In this document: piece by piece, positions 20,051-29,604 of the stretch
Layout: each line of letters begins with the position of its first letter
Numbering within the stretch: the stretch's first letter is position 1
Source: a virus
Virus record (IMG/VR): IMGVR_UViG_3300021959_010405
Span: 53,430-117,429 of that record
Length of the DNA stretch: 64,000 nt
Reading direction: 5' to 3' (one strand)
Program-made: the position numbers and the translations under genes
The notes under the pieces: model-generated
The model's database searches: none
Seen by the model: only the letters and a program-made list of their open reading frames with translations
What the model was told of the DNA's origin: nothing

Positions 20051-21751
20051 ATGGCCTTAAATAGAGACTTTAGAATAAAAGATTCACTTAATGTGGGAGT
20101 TAGTGCCCTTTTTAGAGGAGGATCATCACAATATGACCCGACTAAGGTCACCATAGATACGTATGGTTTAATTCTTTCAGGAGGTCGAGACCTTGCAGAA
20201 CTATTTGATACATCTCTAGGAGATATACCGAAATATGATTCGGTTTATACAACAACAAATACTAATAGTGCTAACTGGGATAGTACTTATACTACTGTTA
20301 GTAATAATAGTGCTAACTGGGATAATACTCTTGGAGAATCGGCTTATACAACAACAAATGCTAATAGCGCTAACTGGAATACAGCCTATACGGCGATTAA
20401 TGCAAAAGAATCCAAGTGGGATTCCAGCTATACAACAACAAACACAAACAGTGCTAACTGGAATACAGCCTATACGACGGTAAATGCAAAAGAGTCTAAA
20501 TGGGATTCTAGCTATACTACAACGAATGAAAACAGCGCTAACTGGGATACAGCTTATACTGCGATTAACACGAAAGAATCTAAATGGGATTCCAGTTATA
20601 CAACAACAAACTCTAATAGCGCCAATTGGAATACAGCTTATACTACTGTTAATACAAAAGAATCAAACTGGGATACAGCTTATAATGCGATTAATGCAAA
20701 AGAATCTAAATGGGATTCCAGCTACACAACAACGAATGCTAATAGTGCCAACTGGGATAATACTTATACTACTGTTAGCAATAACAGCGCTAGCTGGGAT
20801 AATACTCTTGGAGAATCAGTTTATACCTCCTATAATAGTGCTTCTGCAGCTATAGTAGACTCTGTTGCAGAGGGAAATGCTCAAGGAAAAGTCGCTGTAA
20901 CAAGTCTAGACGGGACAGTTACACAAGTTGATGTAAACAATTTACAAACGGACGATTCCCCAACATTCGCGGGAGTCCGCGGAGGTAATATTAATGTAGG
21001 TATTACGGATGACAATACTATAGACACCACTAGTGGTGATTTAACTATCAATTCATCGGGAGGAACTACTACAATAGACGATGAGCTCGTCGTCGCTGGC
21101 AATACTACAGTTCAGGGTAGTTTAAGTGTTACAGGAGATTTTACATACATCGATACGACCGTATCAGTTACTTCTGCTTTAGAAATCACTAATGCTGGTA
21201 CAGGTCCTGCACTAGTAGTCAATCAAACAGGGGCACAGCCTGTTGTTGATTTTCAAGATGATGGGGAAACTACACTATATGTAGAAGATGGAGGAAATGT
21301 TGGTATAGGAACTTCCGATCCCTCGACGAAGTTAACCGTTGCAGGAACAGTATCCGCTCAAGGCGATACAACGATCGATGGTTCAGTAACGATAAATTCT
21401 GACATTAGCCAATACTCTGCCCCGGGTGGTACGGAGTATATCAATAATCAAGTATTTACAGATAACCTTTTACTTGCATCACCTACTACAGTAAATACAT
21501 TTAGTAAGAGCGGTGTTAAGTCTATTAAGTATATCGTTTCTATGTACAATGTTGGATCTAGAACAGCTTTCGAAATAATTGCAACATATAACGGAACTGA
21601 TGCTTTCGGATCAGTATATGGTCAGGTAGATGCACAAGGAACTTCCTTACTGAGCGACGTTGATATATCCTCAACCGGTAGTACAATAGATTTAGAATTT
21701 ACAGTTACCGCTGATTGTTCTGTTGCTATTCATGGAATAGCGCATTACTAA
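20051..21751 (+). CDS. Tail-fibre-like protein with 14/28-aa repeats
   Basis: Repeats NSANW.TAYT.IN/KESKWDSSYTTTN; GNVGIGTSDPS fibre motif; C-terminal KSIKYIVS domain. Confidence 0.75.
   Translation: MALNRDFRIKDSLNVGVSALFRGGSSQYDPTKVTIDTYGLILSGGRDLAELFDTSLGDIPKYDSVYTTTNTNSANWDSTYTTVSNNSANWDNTLGESAYTTTNANSANWNTAYTAINAKESKWDSSYTTTNTNSANWNTAYTTVNAKESKWDSSYTTTNENSANWDTAYTAINTKESKWDSSYTTTNSNSANWNTAYTTVNTKESNWDTAYNAINAKESKWDSSYTTTNANSANWDNTYTTVSNNSASWDNTLGESVYTSYNSASAAIVDSVAEGNAQGKVAVTSLDGTVTQVDVNNLQTDDSPTFAGVRGGNINVGITDDNTIDTTSGDLTINSSGGTTTIDDELVVAGNTTVQGSLSVTGDFTYIDTTVSVTSALEITNAGTGPALVVNQTGAQPVVDFQDDGETTLYVEDGGNVGIGTSDPSTKLTVAGTVSAQGDTTIDGSVTINSDISQYSAPGGTEYINNQVFTDNLLLASPTTVNTFSKSGVKSIKYIVSMYNVGSRTAFEIIATYNGTDAFGSVYGQVDAQGTSLLSDVDISSTGSTIDLEFTVTADCSVAIHGIAHY
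20264..20830 (+). repeat. Intragenic tandem repeat, 42-bp subunits forming 84-bp higher-order units
   Basis: Recurring aatagtgctaactgg / gaatctaaatgggattccagctatacaacaac. Confidence 0.85.
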
Positions 21752-21794
21752 AATATATACACGTACGATAGGGGGAATGTGAACCCGATCAAAT

Positions 21795-23348
21795 ATGGAA
21801 AAATTTAATATTAAAAATGGGTTGTCTGTAGGGGCAGATAAACTAGATATAATAGATGCAACTGGTAGTCTTAGCGCTACTTCCATAACTCTTAGCGGTA
21901 CAGCAGTTACATCAACAGCTACCGAACTTAATTATTTAAATGGTGTTACTGGTATTACACTAGGTAGTGCTAATGAAATATTACTTGTGGGTGGAGATGG
22001 TTCTAGTATTACTAGTGATAGCACTCTAGCAGTGGATTCTGCTAGTAACTTCATTGGCATTAACCAAACCTCTCCAGAAGTTACCTTACACATGACAGGT
22101 GAAGGCGCTCAAACAGCGCAGATTCGTATGGAGCAGTACAATGACAGTGCTGACGCTCCAGATGTAAGAACAAGAAGATACAGAGGCACGATCGACGAGC
22201 CTGCTGCTGTACAATCAGGTGATTATCTATTTAGAAGTAACCACGAATACTGGAATGGTACATCACTACTTGTAGGTGGTGCCTTTGCTTTTGATAATAC
22301 AAATAATGCTGCTAGAACACAGTTTTCGGTTGCTGTTGATACTGACGGCACAGGTGCAAATCCACAAGGCAATAATGGGCAGTTTAAGATCGATGGTAAT
22401 GACAGTGGCGCTATTACATTCAACAACGCATACAAGTTTCCAACCACAGATGGAAGCGCTAACCAAATACTACAAACAAATGGTGCAGGAGCTTTAAGTT
22501 TTACAGGTTCTCCAACGTTTACGGGACTAACAGTTGATACAAACACACTCTATGTTGATGCAGCAAATAACAGAATTGGTATTGGCACAACGAGCCCAGC
22601 GTATCAAGTTGAAATAGAAAACACTGGCGCAAACGCACTAATAGTATTAGATAGAACTGACGGTGCAGCTTGTTTCATCGAAGGTGGTGCTACTGCTTCA
22701 GTGATTGGTTCTGTTGGTGCCAACGATGTTGAAATAGCCTACAATAGTTTTCCAGTGGTTACAATCGGTGCAAATGGTGCTATCACAGTTAATCCAGATG
22801 GAGATGGATTTACATTTCCAACCACAGATGGAAGCGCTAACCAAATACTACAAACAGACGGAGCCGGTAATTTGTCTTTTGTCGATGAAACAGATCCAGT
22901 ATTTTCATCATGGGCTCAGAGTGTAAGCTCTAATTATGATTCGACATATACAACGGTTCAAACCAATAGTGCGAGATGGTCTATTGTAAGTAGAGAATAT
23001 CAGGTATTTGACGCAAGTTTAGCTGCTAACGAAAAAGAATTATTGTTCGTCGCGACCAAGCCTGGAACAATTCACTGGGTCGGAGCCGTGGTAGACGATC
23101 CGGGCACCGAGGATGTTGAAATTTCTATTCTCAGTGATGGTGCGGGGATTTCTGGGAGTAACATTACTTTGTCAAATGCTTCGTCTTATGCTGATTACGG
23201 CTATGGCGTGACTGAATACAATTCATCCTTCTCCGCCGGTACCGTGATCGAAGTTGAGATCGTTGATCCCGGCGAAGGGGAGGGTAGCGGAGCAGTCGCA
23301 GCGCAAGGTCCACTATATATCGAAGTAGTATTAAGTTACGATGATTAA
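21795..23348 (+). CDS. Mosaic tail-fibre-like protein
   Basis: NRIGIGTTSP and NFIGINQTSP fibre motifs; duplicated FPTTDGSANQILQT; higher-GC C-terminal module. Confidence 0.75.
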   Translation: MEKFNIKNGLSVGADKLDIIDATGSLSATSITLSGTAVTSTATELNYLNGVTGITLGSANEILLVGGDGSSITSDSTLAVDSASNFIGINQTSPEVTLHMTGEGAQTAQIRMEQYNDSADAPDVRTRRYRGTIDEPAAVQSGDYLFRSNHEYWNGTSLLVGGAFAFDNTNNAARTQFSVAVDTDGTGANPQGNNGQFKIDGNDSGAITFNNAYKFPTTDGSANQILQTNGAGALSFTGSPTFTGLTVDTNTLYVDAANNRIGIGTTSPAYQVEIENTGANALIVLDRTDGAACFIEGGATASVIGSVGANDVEIAYNSFPVVTIGANGAITVNPDGDGFTFPTTDGSANQILQTDGAGNLSFVDETDPVFSSWAQSVSSNYDSTYTTVQTNSARWSIVSREYQVFDASLAANEKELLFVATKPGTIHWVGAVVDDPGTEDVEISILSDGAGISGSNITLSNASSYADYGYGVTEYNSSFSAGTVIEVEIVDPGEGEGSGAVAAQGPLYIEVVLSYDD

Positions 23349-24267
23349 ACGAACCCGCTTAAAAACTACTGGAGCTTCTGATCTGGTTAATAGGGGTTTG
23401 TATTCACGCGTAGACTATTCTTCTAAACGAGTTACTCGGAACCAGAAAGATTTTAGATCATTCGGGACTCCAATGGTGATCGAAGCCATTGTTACGGTTT
23501 GCACTGAAGCGTTAATACACGAGTTACGTGAATGGTTGCCAACCGCGCGAGTATGCTATCCTAGCATTCCTTTATATGTCGCAACAGATGTTTCGGAAAG
23601 CCGCGTAATGGAATATGCACGGGAAGTCAATGTTGAGAATGTTCAGGTTGTTCCCCTAGATTTGAACCACGCAGTTGGTCGTGTGGGTAATGTAAATGTT
23701 TGGGCAAAACATTGGATTCTCGAAGCAATATGGTGCAAACTCGATGCTCTTCGGCGGGTGGTCGAAATGCATCCTGGCGGTGTGCTTCTCGCGGATTGCG
23801 ATATCACATTTATTCAATCCCCGTATCGAAAAGAGTATTGGGCCGATGTGGTGTTAAGCCCCAATTATCATGGGGATCTGCAACTTACTACCAGGGACTT
23901 GGACGGCAAGACACGAATCCCTCTTTACGTTCGAGACTCGCTTTTTAATGCGGGTATGCTCGCAACTCGGTCGATAGAATTTTGTGAATGGTGGATCGAG
24001 CAATACGAAGCTGGTGGTCCAGGAACATTTGTCGAACAAACAGCACTTGAACAAGTACCTCGTTTATTTAATGTGGATTACTTTGGGCCTGAAGAGAACT
24101 TTGGTAAATGGCGTTTTGCTGCCCCACCTCCCAACACAAATAGTGTTCACATGCACGTCCATGAGAGGTCGCGAAAACCTGAAGTTACTATGTTGAAAAT
24201 CTCAGCGCAATCCTCAGCGGCTTCTGCGCGTAAATTTCTTCTAGAGAACCCCACTCGCCGAAAATAA
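23341..24267 (+). CDS. GT-A fold nucleotide-diphospho-sugar transferase
   Basis: KLDAL...VLLADCDITF (DxD), FNAGML, EQTAL. Confidence 0.7.
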   Translation: MIKRTRLKTTGASDLVNRGLYSRVDYSSKRVTRNQKDFRSFGTPMVIEAIVTVCTEALIHELREWLPTARVCYPSIPLYVATDVSESRVMEYAREVNVENVQVVPLDLNHAVGRVGNVNVWAKHWILEAIWCKLDALRRVVEMHPGGVLLADCDITFIQSPYRKEYWADVVLSPNYHGDLQLTTRDLDGKTRIPLYVRDSLFNAGMLATRSIEFCEWWIEQYEAGGPGTFVEQTALEQVPRLFNVDYFGPEENFGKWRFAAPPPNTNSVHMHVHERSRKPEVTMLKISAQSSAASARKFLLENPTRRK

Positions 24268-24900
24268 ATGATCTCATTGAATAACACATTTGTTTTTGTC
24301 CATGTTAATAAAACTGGAGGTACTTCGATAACGGAAGCCCTTTCAGATTACGAGGACGTTCTACACCCGGACTACGACCACTTATGTGCTAAGCTGACGA
24401 AGCGGTTAATAGGAGCTGATTTATGGGAAGAAATGTACTCTTTCGCTTTCTTTCGAAACCCTTTTGATCGGATGGTTTCAAGCTATTTTTATAGGAGACA
24501 AATACTCGAAGATACGAGATGTTCTCGGCCAGCCAAGGATAAGTCGTTTCGCGATTGGATGTTGGAGGATGTGGCCAGTTTTCACTATTGCACCCATGGT
24601 CACGAATGGAATAACCAACTGGCCATGGTAGAAGAAGGGGATGGAAATGTGATTGTAGATGACATTTTCTTTTTTGAAGATGGATTGCAAAAAGGTCTTG
24701 ATACCGCTTGCAATAAAATTGGAATACCAGTCCCAGAGCTAATACATAGTAATAAGACTGAGAAAGCGCATTGGAGTAGCTATTACGACGAAGAAACGTG
24801 CGAGATAGTTGCCGAACGATTTTCACGCGATCTTCTCTGGGCGGAACAGGTTCGTCCGGGAATATGGCCTTCCCCTTTAGATTTAGATATAGCTGAATAA
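24268..24900 (+). CDS. Sulfotransferase (Sulfotransfer_2 type)
   Basis: FVFVHVNKTGGTSI (5'-PSB loop) and FFRNPFDRMVSSY (3'-PB motif). Confidence 0.85.
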   Translation: MISLNNTFVFVHVNKTGGTSITEALSDYEDVLHPDYDHLCAKLTKRLIGADLWEEMYSFAFFRNPFDRMVSSYFYRRQILEDTRCSRPAKDKSFRDWMLEDVASFHYCTHGHEWNNQLAMVEEGDGNVIVDDIFFFEDGLQKGLDTACNKIGIPVPELIHSNKTEKAHWSSYYDEETCEIVAERFSRDLLWAEQVRPGIWPSPLDLDIAE

Positions 24901-24991
24901 TTTTTTCCTTATAATCTTAAAGGATTTTTATATAATAAATATTTGATCGTTAAGGATTATACTTTATTAAAACATAAGACTAAATATATAT

Positions 24992-25777
24992 ATGTATTCA
25001 GATGATATAGACGAGGATATCAATAGCTATCTAGATCTTTATAATACTCCGCCATCCAATCCCCCCGGGGGGAGCATTGGTGAATATCGGGCTCTTATTG
25101 AATATAAAATTAAGCAGCTATTAAAGCAAAAACTTGATAGAATACAAGACTCTAGTGAGGATTTCCAGAAATATCAAAACTTAAAGCACGAGTTAAAAAA
25201 AGGTCGTGAGGTGGAAATGGAACACACAAAAAGTAAATTAGAGGCTGAAAAAATTGCACTCGATCATTTAAAAGAAGACCCGAATTACTATACAAAACTC
25301 GAGAAAATACACGAGGAACAAGCAGTTTTTCAGAATTCCTTTAACTTTAATAGTATATATAATCTAGCAAGTTTACTAGAGAGAGAAGAGCTCGGATTGA
25401 TTGAGCCGATAAAAATTGAAGGAATTGACGCAAAAATGTCTGCCCTTATTGATTCAGGAAATGGGGCATATAACGTACTTCATGGTATAGATATTGAGGA
25501 TAATGGTAATGAAGTAAGATTTACTACAGTAGATGGTGTAAAGGTAGTAAAAGATAAAGTAGACGAAATAACCATTCACGTAGGTGCAGGCTATGATGAG
25601 CATAGACCAGTAGTGGAGTTCACTATTGAAATCGGTAATAAGGTATATCCCGATGTAAGATTTAGTATCGGTGATAGAACAGAAAATCAGCACCCAGTAT
25701 TAGTAGGTGCTGATTTCTTGAGTCAAATCGATGCTTTGATCGATGTAAATAAAACTAAGTCTAATAAGCTCACCTAA
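24992..25777 (+). CDS. DUF5661-like domain fused to a retropepsin-like aspartic protease
   Basis: KGREVEMEH...IALDHLKEDPNYYTKL; then LIDSGN (DSG), RPVV, SIGDR, PVLVG. Confidence 0.7.
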   Translation: MYSDDIDEDINSYLDLYNTPPSNPPGGSIGEYRALIEYKIKQLLKQKLDRIQDSSEDFQKYQNLKHELKKGREVEMEHTKSKLEAEKIALDHLKEDPNYYTKLEKIHEEQAVFQNSFNFNSIYNLASLLEREELGLIEPIKIEGIDAKMSALIDSGNGAYNVLHGIDIEDNGNEVRFTTVDGVKVVKDKVDEITIHVGAGYDEHRPVVEFTIEIGNKVYPDVRFSIGDRTENQHPVLVGADFLSQIDALIDVNKTKSNKLT

Positions 25778-26408
25778 GATCTTTCTTAGCGAATTCAACA
25801 AATTTATAAAACTCTGATCGACTTGAGTCTGCATTATCTAAAAATGCACCAGTCATTCTCGCTGTTCGCATTGTTGAATCGTGTTTAATACCTCTATTAG
25901 AGCAGCATGTATGATTTGCTTCAATCACAACCGCAACTCCTTTATTGCCTTCGCATATTGTATCGATATATGAGCTAATTTGCGAAGTTAAATTTTCCTG
26001 CACTTGAGGTCTTCTAGAGAACCAATCTACAACGCGATTAAGTTTACTAAGACCGATAACCTTACCGTCTCTACTCGGAATGTACGCGACATGTGCTACT
26101 CCTGTAAATAATGCATGGTGATGGCTACACATACTATTTACTTTAATATTGTTCTGGCATACAATTCCATCATACTTATCAACATTATCGAACGCAGTAA
26201 TACTAGGTGAATCCGAATAACATCCGCTAGCGAAATCATTTACAAAAGCCTTTGCAACCCTCATAGGGGTATCAGCTGAATTAGGATCATTTCTCCAGTC
26301 AAATCCCAGCGCATCCATATATGCTTCATATGCCTTAGATGCATTCATAATAATTTCTTGTTTCTCTTCTTCTGTTCGAGGTTTATTGTGATTTGCGTAT
26401 TTTAACAT
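25770..26408 (-). CDS. folE: GTP cyclohydrolase I
   Basis: DTPMRVAK, SMCSHH, VIGLSKLNR, RRPQVQE, HTCCSNRG. Confidence 0.95.
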   Translation of the reverse strand: MLKYANHNKPRTEEEKQEIIMNASKAYEAYMDALGFDWRNDPNSADTPMRVAKAFVNDFASGCYSDSPSITAFDNVDKYDGIVCQNNIKVNSMCSHHHALFTGVAHVAYIPSRDGKVIGLSKLNRVVDWFSRRPQVQENLTSQISSYIDTICEGNKGVAVVIEANHTCCSNRGIKHDSTMRTARMTGAFLDNADSSRSEFYKFVEFAKKDLR

Positions 26409-26453
26409 ATAATAAATATAGTATATTTTTTACGAAAGTCAATAAATAAAGAT

Positions 26454-27386
26454 GTGAAAAAGTTTAATCAAATATTAAGTTTATACGTCGAGGATAATAT
26501 AGATCTAGTAAAGGTCAGGCTTAAAGTTGATCCGAAGGATAAAAATATTGTTGATTATAAAGACTTTGACGGATACGAAGGGTATATTTTAAAGGAGGGT
26601 GCTTATTATAATGTATTTTTCTTACAAGAAAATCTACCAGTTTTACAAGTTCCCTTTTCTATTATAAGTGTGACGGATATAGAAGATACAAACAAGTTTG
26701 ATACCGTTAAGATGGCCGCTCTTAAACTACTCGATAAAAAAGGGTGTTTAACTGATAGTAAAATTAGAAAGATAGGGATGTGTAATGAGGTTGAATTCTT
26801 TGAACAATACTTAAGAGAAGAAGGCGTTACAGATTCAGAGATAAAAGATTTATATAAAAATAATTTATTCGAAAATGTATTGACGGAGAAGGTAAACTGG
26901 GGTAAGTTGGCTGGTTTAGCAGCTGCAGGAGTGTTCGCTCCTGGTTATGCTGCGGATGTATTAGCTGGGAAAGCTAAAGAAAAGCTCGGAAATGTATTTG
27001 ATCCAAGACAAGATATATTCAGCGATGATAAACATAAAGGTTCAAGCACTAATACCGCCTCCTCTACAAGCGACAGTACCGCATCGATGCAATTTTTACC
27101 AGCCAGGTATAAAAGTCTGCAACCTGATCGAAAGTCATCTGTACTAGTGAATGACCTAGATAAAATAGGCGATGAGTTACAGAGTAAGGGAATACAGAAT
27201 GACCTTGTACTTAAAATCGACAGTAATATTAAGGATAGTATGTTTGGATCATCAGTTAAAATGGTCAAAATAGAGGACTTAATAAATGTTTTAGACAGTC
27301 ACGAACTAGTAGAAGAAATACTAAAGCCATATCAACGCGGTAATACTGGTCAAGTTAAACAATTTTTATTACAAAAGTTTCCTTAA
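26454..27386 (+). CDS. Late hypothetical protein
   Basis: TAAATA-N5-GTG; N-terminus MKKFNQILSLYVE. Confidence 0.65.
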   Translation: MKKFNQILSLYVEDNIDLVKVRLKVDPKDKNIVDYKDFDGYEGYILKEGAYYNVFFLQENLPVLQVPFSIISVTDIEDTNKFDTVKMAALKLLDKKGCLTDSKIRKIGMCNEVEFFEQYLREEGVTDSEIKDLYKNNLFENVLTEKVNWGKLAGLAAAGVFAPGYAADVLAGKAKEKLGNVFDPRQDIFSDDKHKGSSTNTASSTSDSTASMQFLPARYKSLQPDRKSSVLVNDLDKIGDELQSKGIQNDLVLKIDSNIKDSMFGSSVKMVKIEDLINVLDSHELVEEILKPYQRGNTGQVKQFLLQKFP

Positions 27387-27390
27387 TTAA

Positions 27391-27418
27391 TTGATTTATT
27401 TAAAATATATATTATACT
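27391..27418 (+). promoter_or_regulatory. Sigma70-like promoter of queD
   Basis: TTGATT-N16-TATACT, 6 nt before the ATG. Confidence 0.65.
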
Positions 27419-27424
27419 CATTAT

Positions 27425-28054
27425 ATGAGTATGTATCAATCAACTAAAGTAATCGAATTAGGGTCTTGCGCATTTAGGCAATGGAAAGCAGAACACTCTC
27501 ACTGCAAGTATATTCACGGGTATCAACTTAAAGCTAAAATCTGGTTTGGTGGTAAGGAACTAGATGATAAAAACTGGATGGTAGATTTTGGAGGTCTAAA
27601 AGAGCTCAAAAAGAAACTACAAGATCAGTTCGATCATACTACTGTAGTTGCAGCAGACGATCCTAAACTTGATGTATTCAAAGAGTTAGATAAACAAGGC
27701 ATTATACAGCTAAGAGTAATGCCTGATGGTGTAGGTATAGAGAGAACTGCCGAATATGTCTGGAAGACTGCTAATGATCACGTTAAAGAGCTTACTGATG
27801 GTCGTTGTTGGTGTGTTAAAGTTGAGGTATTCGAGCATGAAGAGAACTCAGCAACTTATTCAGGAACATCGGAGAAAGCTAAAGAGGTAATTGATAGTCA
27901 GGATGCTGATATTATATCTAAATTAGGTTCTGTATCTGAGGAGGTAAAAGCAACATTTTCAGATAACCTAGAAACTAAAAATGTACAAGGGGGAAGGCCT
28001 GCACCGGTAGGAAACGCCGGTAACAAATCTTTAAAGGAAATATTTGAAACATAA
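27425..28054 (+). CDS. queD: 6-carboxy-5,6,7,8-tetrahydropterin synthase
   Basis: CAFRQW..SHCKYIHGY, WMVDFGGLK, FDH, ERTAE. Confidence 0.9.
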   Translation: MSMYQSTKVIELGSCAFRQWKAEHSHCKYIHGYQLKAKIWFGGKELDDKNWMVDFGGLKELKKKLQDQFDHTTVVAADDPKLDVFKELDKQGIIQLRVMPDGVGIERTAEYVWKTANDHVKELTDGRCWCVKVEVFEHEENSATYSGTSEKAKEVIDSQDADIISKLGSVSEEVKATFSDNLETKNVQGGRPAPVGNAGNKSLKEIFET

Positions 28055-28780
28055 TTAACTGTCTAGTTTATCACAAATAAATGACAGTAGAGGGTGTCTA
28101 ACAATTTCTGCACTGGTGAAAGTAAAGGTATGAATTCCCATATCTTTACTTTCTTCGTCATCAAAAATATCGTAAACTTCCTTATACCCGGATTTACCTC
28201 CAATATCGCTTTGTTTACAATCTCCTAAAAGGATATACTTAGAGCCTAATCCAAATCTTGTCAGTACCGTTATAAGTTCACTTTTAGTCATATTTTGACA
28301 TTCATCTACAATAACAATACTATTTTTAAATGTTAGACCTCTTACTAAATTAACTGGAACACAATTAATAATTCCGGTAGTCATTATGTGTTTAGCATCG
28401 CCGGGAGATAATATTTCATTCAATTTATCAAGTAGAGGCATAGACCATGGGTGAAATTTTTCATTTATATCACCGGGTAAGTGTCCAAGCTTGCTGCTAG
28501 CAGACTCAACAACGCTTCTTATATATACTATTTCTTCTACTAAATTTTTTCTTAGAGAAAGAAGAGCTGCTAATACTGCAATGTAGGTCTTGGCACTCCC
28601 TGCAGGCCCATTTACTATAGATAGATTATTATCTCTATTTAAGACACATTCTAAGAATTCTTTATGAAGACCTGTGAGCTCAAACTCATTAATAATGTCG
28701 TAGTTAGTGTTCCAACGTCGTTCCATGCTAGTTGTTACTTCGCTTGAAAGACCCGATACAGGGCGTTGTTTCTTTGCCAT
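28055..28780 (-). CDS. phoH: PhoH family ATPase
   Basis: GPAGSAKTY, RGLTF, IVDECQN, LGDCKQSD, IVRH. Confidence 0.93.
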   Translation of the reverse strand: MAKKQRPVSGLSSEVTTSMERRWNTNYDIINEFELTGLHKEFLECVLNRDNNLSIVNGPAGSAKTYIAVLAALLSLRKNLVEEIVYIRSVVESASSKLGHLPGDINEKFHPWSMPLLDKLNEILSPGDAKHIMTTGIINCVPVNLVRGLTFKNSIVIVDECQNMTKSELITVLTRFGLGSKYILLGDCKQSDIGGKSGYKEVYDIFDDEESKDMGIHTFTFTSAEIVRHPLLSFICDKLDS

Positions 28781-28896
28781 ACACTATTATTTATTCAAAA
28801 ATATGTGGGAAAAAAATTTAAAAAAACGTTGTAATTTTGTGCATAAAATGACTATAGTGTTGACTTGAACTAATAGCACCATAAATATACATCATT

Positions 28897-29604
28897 ATGA
28901 GGATAGCAGTATCTGGAACAGCAAATACAGGAAAAACGACATTTATAAAAGATTTCTTAAAGAAATGGGATAATTATTCTACCCCCGAAAAAACCTATCG
29001 CGACGTTTTGAAGGAAAAAAAATTAAATCATAGCGATAAGACCAATAAAGAGACACAGAAGTGTATTTTAGATTTTTTAGTTAATCAGCAAAAGGAATAC
29101 ACTAAAGACGACAACATTATATATGATAGATGCCCATGGGATAACTTAGTTTATTCTATGTGGGCGCTGGAGCAAGAAGATAGCGATATTGACGAGAAAT
29201 TTATTGATGAATGTATCCCTATCGTTAGAGATTCTATGAAGGATTTAGATATTATATTTTTTACCCCTTTAACAAAAGCGTCTCCTATAAAGATTGAAGA
29301 CGATGGAGTTCGTCAAGCTGATGAAAGGTATATACAGAATATAGATAGTGTATTTAAGGAATTCTATCGCCGTTATATGCATCAAAGTTTCGAGCCCTTT
29401 TTTCCACAAGGTGATGTACCAGCAATCATTGAGCTTTTCGGTGCTCCTCAGGAAAGAATATATATGGCAAGTCTTTATGTAGACGTCGACGGTGATGCTA
29501 TCGAGGGTGATATGGAATCTCTTCTTGGAGAAGAAAGTCTTAAGAGTCTACTCGGTGAGCAAAAAGAAGAATTGTTTAAATCTACAGGAATTATTACGCA
29601 GTAA
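28897..29604 (+). CDS. P-loop kinase (AAA_28/NadR-like, dNMP-kinase-like)
   Basis: RIAVSGTANTGKTT, YDRCPWD, EDDGVR. Confidence 0.75.
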   Translation: MRIAVSGTANTGKTTFIKDFLKKWDNYSTPEKTYRDVLKEKKLNHSDKTNKETQKCILDFLVNQQKEYTKDDNIIYDRCPWDNLVYSMWALEQEDSDIDEKFIDECIPIVRDSMKDLDIIFFTPLTKASPIKIEDDGVRQADERYIQNIDSVFKEFYRRYMHQSFEPFFPQGDVPAIIELFGAPQERIYMASLYVDVDGDAIEGDMESLLGEESLKSLLGEQKEELFKSTGIITQ

